Of a stretch of 64,000 bases of DNA, positions 47,726 to 64,000 are shown one piece after another. The stretch lies in assembly GCF_009914755.1 (NCBI RefSeq), contig NC_060946.1; one strand, 5' to 3'. A program made the translations under genes and the position numbers. Positions within the stretch are counted from its first letter, which is position 1. Each line of letters opens with the position of its first letter. The notes beneath the pieces were generated by a model. That model ran no database searches and was not told where the DNA came from. It worked only from the letters and a program-made list of their open reading frames with translations. The DNA comes from the human T2T-CHM13v2.0 reference genome, Homo sapiens.

Positions 47726-48952
47726 CCTCTTACTTCACCAGCACCCAGCCTAGCAGATCGCTTGAGCTCTGAACCTCTGGTGGGGCTGAATGGCGGGATT
47801 AGGAAGTGATACCAGTCTTTGAAAGTCTCCCTCACTGAGTCACTTGATCCTCATTCACTCAGGGCTCATAAGCCGAATACCTGGCGCTGATGATGCAGAG
47901 ATGACACTGCCCTGCTCTTACAGGAGGTACAACCCAGTGGAGAGAACAGGCGGAAAGTCCAACAGCCACGCCCCCCTCTCTCTACTCACTTTCCCCCAGG
48001 GTCTTCCTGGGCTGATGTTTCCTAGAGAGTTGAGGGAGATGTTCCAAGCTGAGCAGGTGAAAGGGACAGTACCAGGGAGAGGGCCATCGGCCAGAGAGGT
48101 CAGCGGCAGGTAGGAGCAGGGACATGTCGTAGGTGGAGGAGAGACATTGGTCCTGGGGCTGCCAGGGGCTGAAGTGTTGATGTTAACTGCCGGGATCACT
48201 GTCAGCCAATCAGGGCTGCCACGTACAGTTGCTCAGCCTCGCACTGCTCAGGGAGGATGAGTAGAGGCTGGCACCTGGAGAAATGTGTCTGTACAGAGCA
48301 GGGGTACTTTTCTCTGTCTATCACAAACATGCCAAATGAGTCAGGTGCCCTGATACCAGTGAACTCAGGGTCAGCACTTAAACTCATTGCTTATTAGTGA
48401 TGAGACTTCACAGAAGTAGGGGTGAGAAGTGGGGGTGAGGGTAAGAGGAATAATGGAGCCACTTCTGCTGCTGCACATGAGTGGCACCTTCTTGCTTAAG
48501 CCTCACGGCAGCCATGTGGGCAAGGGGTTCTTCTGGTGCGGGGGAGGGAGTTAAGGTTAGGTGGCTTGCCTAGATCTATATTCGGGACATCTCAGAGCCT
48601 CAGCCTCCCCGTCCATGTAATAGCAATTGATCGACTCCCTCTGAATAGGGTGAACCTCTGTCCCTTTTGCCCTGGATGGGGATGCTCTAGGCCTGCTGTC
48701 CCTGCCATGGGTGACAGCACCCCTGTCACTCTTGAAAAGGTCCAGGTTCAGATGAAAAGTGCCACAGTGACCCTACTTCCAAGGCAAGGTATGAGGCTAG
48801 AAATGACCAATTGCCAGAAAGAGCTTGCCAGGGCAAAGGCATCACCTGGCAACATAGTCAGGGAAGACAGGGCCTGGGAGGGAAGCGCTGGGGCTGCCCA
48901 GAGAGGCATCTATCCAGGAAGCTGCACAGAAGGGGCTGAGGGTGCAGCTGAA

Positions 48953-49168
48953 GGACAAGCACCTGAATTCAAACTCTGACCTCACTCACAGAGCTCCCCG
49001 CTGCTGGCCAGCCCTGGTCAGAGGGACAGGCCAGGCAATAAGAGGAGAGCCAGCAGTGAGTCTCCCTGTTGGAAAGGGGCCACACATATGCAGTCAGGGG
49101 GCCTTGGGAGCAGCCCTGTCCCCACCCCTTCCTGATCCCACCCCACTAGAGAGGGAGCCCAGAGGTGG
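48953..49168 (+). repeat. ~215-bp APOBEC3 3'-flank element, copy 1
   Basis: ggacaagcacctgaattcaaactctgacctcactcacagagc...ctagagagggagcccag; highly similar to 50265-50478 and 63722-63897. Confidence 0.9.
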
Positions 49169-49189
49169 GTAAAGGGCCTACCATGCCCC

Positions 49190-49340
49190 GCGCCACTTCC
49201 TCCTGTGTGTCCTTGGCTACAGGACATCCCCTGCCTGAGCCTCAGCATCCACATCTGGAAGCTGGGAGTAATGAGAGTTGCTCACCTAGGGGGATGGGGT
49301 GAAAATTAAACAAGATTCTGCCGGCAAGGTCCTTGGGTTT
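49190..49340 (+). mobile_element. MIR
   Basis: tgagcctcagcatccacatctggaagctgggagtaat core. Confidence 0.65.
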
Positions 49341-49705
49341 GCCCACAGCTCCTCACAGCCTCCCTCTCTCTCCTATCTCTCACGTCCCTCCCTCCTCTCC
49401 CGTCATTGTCACTGTCCCCAGACCTCCTCCCTGTGCCCTCTTTCCACTCTCTCACCTCCTACTCCATTCAACTCCCCTGCTTTTCCAGAATCAGGGAAAC
49501 TGAAGGATGGGCCTCAGTCTCTAAGGAAGGCAGAGACCTGGGTTGAGCAGCAGAATAAAAGATCTTCTTCTAAGAAATGCAAACAGGCTGTTCATCACCA
49601 TCTCCAGGTGTTCACAGACACCAGCAAAGCAATGCACTCCTGACAAGTAGATTTTTTAAAAAATCAGAGTGAATTAATTTTAATTAAAAATTTATCTTAT
49701 GTTTT

Positions 49706-49985
49706 GGCCGGGCGTGGTGGCTCACGCCTGTAATCACAACACTTTGGGAGGCCAAGGCAGGTGGATCACCTGAGGTCAGAAGTTCAAGACCAGCCTGATC
49801 AACATGGTGAAACCCTGTCTCTACTAAAAATACAAAAATTAGCCAGGTGTGGTGGTGTGTGCCTGTAATCCCAGCTACTCAGGAGGCTTAGGCAGGAGAA
49901 TCACTTGAACCCGTGAGATGGAGGTTGCAGTGAGCTGAGATCCAGCCTCGGCGACAGAGAGGGACTCTGTCTCAAAAAAAAAAAA
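49706..49985 (+). mobile_element. AluS inside the orphan 3'UTR
   Basis: Alu consensus. Confidence 0.95.
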
Positions 49986-50264
49986 TTAAGTTTCAAGAAT
50001 TAAATTGTATGATTATGGTTAATACTCTGGGAATAGCTTTCGATTTATTAATGAAATGATTGTTTTAATTGGCTTTGAAGCTACACTTCTAAAATAAAAT
50101 GTTAAGAATCTTCCATAATTTGTTAGGTAATTGTACCATGAATTGCAAGTGTGTAAATAAACACTAGGAAATGAATAAATGTCATTCCTTTTGGAGTGGA
50201 CCTTCATGTGGGGCAAAAGTCACACTAACTCCTTCTGGGATGAGAAAACACAGCTAACCCTTCC

Positions 50265-50478
50265 GGGACAAGCACCTGAATTCAAACTCTGACCTCACTC
50301 ACAGAGCTCCCCACTGCTGGCCAGCCCTGGCCGGAACGGACAGGCCAGGCAATAAGAGGAGAGCCAGCGGGGAGTCTCCCTGTTGGAAAGGAGCCACACG
50401 TGTAGTCAGGGGGCCTTGGGAGCAGCCCTGTTCCCACCCCTTCCGGATTCCACCCACTAGAGAGGGAGCCCAGGTGGG
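50265..50478 (+). repeat. ~215-bp APOBEC3 3'-flank element, copy 2
   Basis: direct repeat of 48953-49168. Confidence 0.9.
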
Positions 50479-51639
50479 AAGGGTTCCACATGGAGGATGG
50501 ACTCTGCCCCTGGACAGCAGCCCCCACTTCCCAACCTCAGCCATGGTGGGCACTGGTGCTCTCTTGCCTTTCCATCTGCAGAGCCTGAAGCCCCTGGGTC
50601 CAGCCTCCCGGCCCTGGTCACCCTGGACGACAGGATTGTCCAGAAAGGGCAGCCTTCCCCAGGTCTCCCCTTGGCAAACTTCTGCTCACATATCTGGGGC
50701 CAAACTGTGCCACAACGTTGACAGTGACTATATGGGCCTGGGGGAAAATAATTATTTAGTGGAGGGGATTAGAAGCAGCAGTGAGAGGGGATGGCGCAGG
50801 AGGGCAGGAAGAAGTCTGGCAGCCGTTTAGGCCCGAAGGGAAGAGCTAGTAGACTCAGATCCATGGAGAGATGGAAGGAAAGGAGAAGAGAGGAGGGAGG
50901 AGAGGGGCAGGGCAGGGCTGCAGGCAACTGCGGGAGGACAGGAGGCAGTGGACACGAAGGAGCCAGGAGGACAGGGGCGTGGGAACAGAGGGAGCTGGAG
51001 GGAGGTCTGTGGCTGTGGGGACCAGCAGAGCTGCCTGAGGGGCTGAGTAGGGTTCGGTCATTACATACAACAAGATCCAGGCCTGCGACCACGCTCAGGA
51101 TCCAGGCTCTGCCCCCACATCTGCTCCTGCAGACGCAGCTCTCCTGCTGGTCACCTGGTGGCCCCCAGAGGGATGGCTGGCCATCTCCAGGCACTGGGCC
51201 TCATCCCAGGGAGGAAGAAAGAGGTCGTGGCTAAGCTGTGAGTGAGCCCCAGGGGACAGGGGGCCTGGGCCCTTGGAAGGTGGGGTTCTGGGGGACGGTG
51301 GTCCGGTCTCCCTGAGACCCGCCCTGTGACATGACTAACTGTGGGGTTCTTTCACCAGGGTGAGCCCCTCTTGCCTCCCTTACACTGGCCCCTTTGCCCA
51401 GAATGACTGCACAATTTTTATCACTTACTTCCAATGAGTGGAGTCAGGGCTGTTATCAAACCCAGAGACACAAGCAAAGGGCAGGGCGTCACGTGGGGGT
51501 GGTGAAGGCTTCTCTGGGGACCCTTCAAGCCTGGCTGCCATGAGGTGCCAGGGCAGGAAGCACACTGTCCTTCCTTAAGCTCCCACAGTGTGCCCAGCCC
51601 TTGATGGAAGTCTCAATTTAATTATAAATGCAGGCTTGA

Positions 51640-52200
<561 letters not shown>

Positions 52201-53084
52201 TTCAGAAGGGTGTGTGTAGGAGGGTGGACGGGTGCTCAGAAGGAAGCTCTAAAGCCACAAGGAGAAATTTCACCCCCTTTGGACTGGACATGGGCTGGGC
52301 TCTGGCAAATTGCACAATGCAAGGTGCTGACATTATTGCCCACTAGGTCACATTGCCTAAGAGTAGCAATTTATAAAATCTCATTAGAGAGTGCCTGTGT
52401 AAATTCTTTATTTCTGGGCCACCCGTGTACTTCCTCATTAGTAAGGAGGAGAATTAGGTGAAGCTCATGGTTGTGGATTGCTGCAGTTTGCACAGACTTT
52501 ACAAAAAGAGCTTCAGCTGGTGTCCTGCCCCTCTAGGGCACTCACTGGGGCTTTCACGCTGGCATTGGAAAAGTGGGCATCGGCAAGTTCCGTGGCTGAA
52601 GAGGAAAAAGAAAAGCAAGCTTTCACCCGCCCTGGGTGAACTGTGAATTCTAAAGTGTGTCCCCAGGAATATTGGGAGACCTCAGCAGTTTACACTTGGT
52701 GGGTTGAACAGGGTTTGTTAGTATGAATTATTCATCCAATATTGAACACCTACCTGTGCACAGCACGCTTGCCTAGTGAAGAGAGCAGGGCTGCTGTTCC
52801 TGCTCTGTGCCCGGGTGGGAGGCAGACACAGGGGCTGTCATGGGAGAAGCTGGGCTCAAACAGCCCATGAAAAGGGACCCATGCACAGGCACAAAAGCCC
52901 CGAGGAAGAAGCCAGCTTGGTGCACTCGACGGAGCATCACCCACTTGGCTCAACAAATGTGTGGTGGTATGTGCATGTGTGTGTGTGTGTGCATGTGTGT
53001 CTCACACATGCGTATTTATCTACATATGCAAGAGGATAGGAAGAAATACAGGAAAACACTTTTGTAATCTTGTGGTTGAGAAAG

Positions 53085-53227
53085 CTGGCATAAACAAGGC
53101 ACACAATGCCAGACACTATGGCCTTCAGGCCTCCCTGCCACGGGGATGCTGCCTTTTCTGCTCCGGGTGTTTCCACGAGGCAGGCATGGAATCTTCCCTG
53201 GACAAGCGACATACCGTGGAGAGACAG
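53085..53227 (+). promoter_or_regulatory. candidate upstream alternative promoter and non-coding first exon of APOBEC3A
   Basis: CATAAA TATA-like at 53089-53094; TGTGGT RUNX-like site just upstream; strong donor CAG|GTAAGA at 53227/53228. Confidence 0.5.
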
Positions 53228-53804
53228 GTAAGAATTTCTACACATAGGAAGGGTGGAGCAGCCATGGTCTTAGATGTGAGCCCAAGGGAAGACAGCCTGA
53301 TATATTTTACTGGGCCATATTTGAAATTTCTGCACAGCGGAAGACACCATACAGTAAACACAGGAGCCTGCGAGAGAACCTCTGCCGAGCACCAGTGAAC
53401 GGCCAAGTGACACGAGTGACACCATGAGCTTGGTGCCCTCTCCATCCCAAGCCAGAGGCGGAAGCCAGGCCCTTCCTCCCAGCCCAGACTCCTACATCCC
53501 AAACTTGAGCCATGGCACACATGCTGGGCACTTACTCTGTGCATAGCAGAGGGAGCTGAGCTGCATCCAGAAACAGACCTAGGAGCTCACAGACCCAAGG
53601 CCTGGGTCTCCACCCCTGGAAGAGGGTGGTGCCGAGAGCAGGGCCCCCGGCTGTCACTGGCCCGGAGCTCACCGTGCAGGGGCAGCCCAGGCCCTCCGGG
53701 GATGGCACTGGGGTGTCGGAGGCCAAGGAGCAGAAACAGCTGTGGATGCTTCCCTCGGAGGACTGGGTGGGGCCGGGACCACCAGGACCTGCCCACCACC
53801 TTCT

Positions 53805-55045
53805 CTATGGGGCATCTGGCTGTGTCTGGGAGTATCTTGTGGAAGGGTCCTTTTTACCATGTGGGATCGGTGGTCCAGACTTGTCTGGGAGCCAAGGATA
53901 CCAGGCATGTCAAGTAGGCTCTTCCAGAAGGTTTTCCCTCCTGGGATGTCTGTGTCTCTGCCCCTCTCCTGCTGCCTGCATCAGGAAGGGAGGGAGCAGA
54001 TGGGCTGGTGAAGTGAGCAATGTCAGTCACATGCATGGACTGTCCAGGGCTCATTCTGTGCTGAGGGTCCTCCCGTGAATACGTGGCTCACCAGCGTCCC
54101 ACCCCATAGAGAAGGTGGGGGGCTGGCCCTGGCAGCCAGGGCTGGAGTGGGAGGAGGTTGACCAGGAGCATGGGGGTGAGGGAGAAAGAGAGAGGGACCC
54201 CACTGTGCTGCCCTAGCACAAGGGACACTGGTCTTCCTGATTCCTGGCCTTCCACGAGGTGGGACGCCCCTCCTTCTCTGGGCTCCTTCTCTGCCCCGCG
54301 GGGTGGTGGATGCAGTAGGGACCTTCCACCTCAGGACCTCAGGAGCCGCATATGTGGTACACAGTGGGCCTCCTCGACAGCTGCTCATGAGCAAACAGGC
54401 CCAACTCCTTCTGGTGGCAAAGACACAGACACACACAGACACACAAGCACACACAGACAGTGACAGGACAGAAAGGAACCTTCCCCGGGGTTTCCCAGAC
54501 ACACCCAGATGTCTACCTCAGCTCTGCCCCAAGTCAGAGGATTGCAGCAATTCTTACCGTGAAGAGTGCTGGGGAAACCACGTCATCAACCCCAATCCTC
54601 TCGTTTTCATTTCTGGGTTCTGACAACAGCCCCAGCTCCACCCCTTGAAACAAGTGACCGAAAAATGGACAACATGTAGTCACTCTGGGCAAAGAGGCCA
54701 CCCCAGTGGGGGTATGGGGGACAGAGGGCCCCACCCTGGGAGGACAGCACTGTCCCCTGTCCAAGGGCAGGTGCAGCCACCTCCTCCACCTCCCTATTCC
54801 CCCCACCCTTTGTCCCCCCCGCCCCCCCGAGCTTGGCCCCTTTGCTTGGAGAGATCCTTTGGTTTTTTCGATCACTTGCTTCTAGGCTGAGGAGGGCGGG
54901 GCTGTTGTCAGAGCCCAGAATCAAAGCCAGAGGAGCAGGTGGACGCTGAGGCTGTCCCCTCACCCTGCTCCACGGGCAATGTTGAAGTGGGCATCTGGGT
55001 GTGTCTGGGGTATCCCAAGGAAGGGTCCTTTTCGTCATGTCACTC
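53805..55045. repeat. local repeat family: + copies at ~53810-53862 and ~54890-55045, inverted copy at ~54455-54640
   Basis: gggcatctgggtgtgtctgggg...ggaagggtccttt...tgtcac versus its reverse complement gtgacagg...aaggaaccttcc...cccagacacacccagatg; ggggctgttgtcaga versus tctgacaacagcccc. Confidence 0.8.
54487..54496 (+). promoter_or_regulatory. NF-kB consensus site GGGGTTTCCC
   Basis: exact GGGRNYYYCC match ~3.5 kb upstream of A3A; motif match only. Confidence 0.45.
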
Positions 55046-56300
55046 TGTTGGGGGCAGGGCACAGGAGCAGGGAGCCCTTTCTCTCCCGAGCTCCTCAGAC
55101 TCCCAGCTTCCCTGGGTCTCATCTCAGAGCTTTGCCTATGACCTGGGAGCCCTGTGGGTCCAGGGGAGGGGACTGGACGCAGCCCCATGACAATGCTCAG
55201 ACCTGGGCTAGGAACTGGAAGCCTGTGGTTCCTCTGGGCTGTAGGGGTTGGGGCCCCACAGTGATGGCAGAGCCAGGACCTCATACACAGCAGCATGGAC
55301 TCCAGACCCGAGCGGGACCTCCGTTCTGGTCCCAGGGTGACCTGGGCTGAGTGGCCCAGCAATCAGGGACCACTTCAGGGTCCCTCTGCACTGGTCTGTC
55401 CCTCTCACCCAGTCTGGACCCCTGTGGGGCACTTGCCCTGTCCCCAGTTTTCCTTACAGGGGACCTGGGCAAAGCCCAGGGAAGCTTGCACCTGTTAAGG
55501 AGGCCATTCTCCTGCCTCCCCCTTGGGGATCCAGTTTCTTTCTCTCGCCTTGGACCTTCCCCAGGATCCTATGGAAACTCCAGCAAGACCTGGTATTTTA
55601 TCACATTTTCACAGTTATCGCATTGATTGTTCAGCCAACATTCCAGGGACAGAAATGGGGGAGGGGCTGTCCTTCCCCAGGAAAGGGTGGAATCTCCTTC
55701 CGTCTTCCTTACAGTTGGCCTAGGGAAGGTGCACACTCTTAACCACCCCTGGGTTCCCCTGATGCCTTGAAGACCCTGCCTTGCCCTGGCTGCAGGGGGA
55801 CCAGGAAGGGGCCAGTTGTGTCTGGGACATTCCTGCCGGGAGAGAGTCAGGCCCTAGTGCACAGAAGGATGTGGGTGTGGTCGGTGGGGGCACTGGCAGG
55901 GGGTAGGGCACATAAGTCCCTGGGGAGCTCACTCAGAGGTTCCAGGTTGTGGCCCTTATGGAAGTTCCTGGGTCCAGGGGCTAGAGTGAGACTGTTCCCC
56001 GCTCATGTCTGGGCTGCAGACGCCCAACCAGTGGCTCCCCCTGTCCACCCTTGGCAAGGGAGGGTCCTGGCCTCCCTCTCTGCTAGTGGGGACCCCCCAA
56101 CACCCTGTCTTCTCTCCTCTCTGGAGCTCTGCCTGGGTGCATGGCTTGTACAGTGAGTTACTGAGAATTGAACTCTGGACAGTAGCTGGGCCCCACTTTG
56201 CTTTAAACATTTTAGTCTGAGGCCTTCTTTGTCATCAGATGAGAAGGTTCACAGATGTGCAGATGTGCTGATAGTCTAACCTGACTGGTTTGTAAAACTA

Positions 56301-56312
56301 GAAAGAGAAACA
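56301..56312 (+). promoter_or_regulatory. ISRE-like motif GAAAGAGAAACA
   Basis: GAAANNGAAAC core ~1.7 kb upstream of an interferon-inducible gene; motif match only. Confidence 0.4.
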
Positions 56313-57899
56313 GACAATGTGCCTGTTTCTGTGATGGGCCATAAAGTGGATCTTACAGATTTGGAGACATTCTGGAAGATCTGGACCTGTCTGGATCAGA
56401 GAGGGGAGGCAGGCATGGGCCAGTCATGAATCCAGTGGGGCTTGGGCCAGCTGGGGCAGCAGGGAGGAGGACGTGCCCAGGGTGGGTGAGCTGGGGAGAC
56501 CCTGGAACCCAAGGCTGAGGACCCAGAGCCAGGAGATGCAGGAGACGCCCCAGGGATGCTGAACAAAGCGCTGTCCCCTGTTGCAGCTCTCCTGGGTCTC
56601 CCCATAGAAAGCTCATGTGGGGGCTGTCCTGACCATGGGTCCAGGGGTGTATTTGCTCCAGGGGCATTTGATGCATTATTGAGCCAGGGGAAAGGCCATC
56701 ACACTCTGGGCAGCAGGAGCCACCGGGAAGGGTTAGGGAAGGGTTGGATCCTCCCAAAGTTGGTACAAGTGTGGTCTCTGGCCCAGGTGGGCTGTGGGTA
56801 CTGCGGGGCGTCCAGCTGTGCATGCCTCGAGTGTGAACTGGGAAGGGTGGCCTCTGGTCAGACTCACACAACACACCAAGATGAGCTCACACCAGAACCA
56901 CCTGAGACTCAAATGGCAGTTGACTGCCCCCAGGGGACATCTTCTTGACTAGAAGAGTCCAACATCTGGAGACAGAATGGGAGGGGTCCTCACGGCAGAG
57001 AACAGGGCCTCTTCTAGTCTGTGGCGCCCACCAAAATGGCAGGGACACTGTGCTGAGGTGGGAGGATTGCTGGCCAAAGACAGGGGGGTCTAGTAAGAGC
57101 CAGAACAGGGGAGCAGGCAGGACAGGGGACAGCCCCTGGGCCCACAGGGCCAGCACCTTCCAGGGGCAGCTGTGCTGGGTGTAGCAGGTGGACCTGGGAA
57201 AGGACGGCGCCAGACCTGCCGCCAGGACTCAGGGGCTCACTTGGGGCAGGAGCACAGTGTCCCTCACATTTCTGCAGGGCCCAGAGGTGGGAGAAAGGGC
57301 ACAGGGTGGCCCTTCTGACAGGGGGGTGGGGGTGTGTCCCTGCTGGGGACTCTGTTTCCTGGGAGGGCCTGGATCTCTAGGTACCTTTCAGAGCCTTTAG
57401 CATCTCCTCTGGGTAATGGGGATGAAAACACTCCTCCCTCTAGTTTACAATTATTAGATACACTGATGCATAGGAGGATGCAGGACCTGCTGGTCTCCCA
57501 TCTTCACAGCCAGGGAAGAAGATGCAGGACCCTAACAGAGAGCCCAGGATGCAGCAGGTGCCAGGGAGCCTGGACCAGGCACATCCTGCACTGGCCACAG
57601 GGGAGGACACAGGGGTGGCTGTCCTGGAGCCTGCTCTCTGGACCGCTGAGTGTTATTCAGGGTCTTTCTCCAGGGTGTGGACACCTGTCTTCTCACCTGC
57701 CCCCTGGTCTCCTGCCTTCCAGATTCCTGTGGCCCACAGGGAGCAAAGTGTGGCCAGCTCTACATCCCCATTGTCACTCCACAGTGTCTGGTGGTTCAGT
57801 GGTCAGAGTGGGCACATCAAAACCAAAGCTTGCCCAGAGGCATGGCAGAGAACTTCCTTGTTCTGACGCTAATGAGGGTGGCACACTCGGCCTGAGCTG

Positions 57900-58068
57900 G
57901 AGAAGGGGTGGGGCAGGGTATCGCTGACTCAGCAGCTTCCAGGTTGCTCTGATGATATATTAAGGCTCCTGAATCCTAAGAGAATGTTGGTGAAGATCTT
58001 AACACCACGCCTTGAGCAAGTCGCAAGAGCGGGAGGACACAGACCAGGAACCGAGAAGGGACAAGCAC
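57900..58068 (+). promoter_or_regulatory. APOBEC3A proximal promoter and 5'UTR
   Basis: GC box ggggtggggc at ~57905; (C)GCTGACTCAGCA AP-1/MARE/ARE at 57922-57934; TATATTAA at 57956-57963, ~110 nt before the ATG. Confidence 0.7.
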
Positions 58069-63575
<5,507 letters not shown>

Positions 63576-63721
63576 GCAAATGTGTAGATGTCTTTCCTTG
63601 TGTAGCGGACCTGTAGCGGGGAAAGGTCACACAACATCCCTCTGGATCCAGAAAACTCAGCTAAACCTCACAGGAGAGGAACCTAAATGCAGACCCCACC
63701 CTCACTCACAGAGCCCCGCCC

Positions 63722-63897
63722 ACCCTCACTCACAGAGCCCCGGGCGCTGATTGGAAGGGACAGGCCCAGCAGTAAGAGGACAGCCAGCAGCCAGTCTCCC
63801 TGTTGGAAAGGAACCACAAACGTGCAGTCAGGGGCCCTCGGGAGCCGCCCTGTGTCCACCCCTTCCTGATTCCACCCCCCTAGAGAGGGAGCCCAGG
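63722..63897 (+). repeat. APOBEC3 3'-flank element, copy 3 (downstream of A3A)
   Basis: cctcactcacagagc...gtctccctgttggaaagg...ctagagagggagcccag. Confidence 0.85.
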
Positions 63898-64000
63898 GGA
63901 GGTCATGGCTGAGACCCAGGACAGGCCCAGTCGGGGGAAGGAGCCCAGGGAGGGGGCAGGTGTCTAGGCTGGGCCCAAAGAGAGGGCTGGGGAGAGGAGC

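Larger units (their letters stand above)
49350..50478 (+). pseudogene. orphan APOBEC3 Z1 3' remnant: last-intron end, NQGN* exon (49489-49503), 3'UTR and 3' flank
   Basis: 49381-49671 aligns to 62779-63069 with ~21 differences in ~291 nt; weaker homology continues to ~50478; no upstream exons are present. Confidence 0.9.

Noticed and set aside
49489-49503. A second functional APOBEC3 gene upstream of A3A
   Set aside because: Only the terminal exon is present; homology stops at a MIR ~140 bp upstream, and no HAE/PC-C exon is visible elsewhere in the window
54607-55362. 251-aa minus-strand ORF and other 130-200-aa ORFs at 47-58 kb
   Set aside because: GC-rich DNA with overlapping ORFs in several frames, no recognisable domain and mostly non-ATG starts
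63693-63742. ~24-bp tandem duplication cccaccctcactcacagagcccc
   Set aside because: Real but trivial slippage with no functional indication

Overview
Primate (human-like) genomic DNA, dense in Alu, L1 and LTR repeats, at the 5' edge of the APOBEC3 cluster. The only supportable protein-coding gene is APOBEC3A (+ strand, 5 coding exons, 58069-62901, 199 aa, intact HAE...SPCFSWGC Z1 deaminase motif). Its 3'UTR carries an AluY, so this is the non-deleted allele rather than the A3A_B hybrid. The upstream ~48 kb holds a TSD-bounded ERV1 provirus with mismatched LTRs (1317-8167), an ERVL remnant, a near full-length Tigger1, solo LTRs, L1/L2/MIR fragments, about 40 Alus and a CpG island near 27.6-27.9 kb. 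The most notable structures are: (1) an orphan copy of the APOBEC3 terminal exon and 3'UTR 13.4 kb upstream of the real one, which puts the whole A3A gene between direct repeats; (2) an A3A last intron that is open in the exon-4 frame; (3) a second upstream promoter/exon plus kB, ISRE and MARE motifs; (4) scattered + strand exon-like unique segments that may be a decayed gene (speculative). There are no RNA genes or CRISPR arrays. Nearly all short ORFs in the track come from Alus or low-complexity sequence. Repeat subfamily names are from recalled consensus sequences and need RepeatMasker/Dfam confirmation; repeat boundaries without a TSD are approximate.
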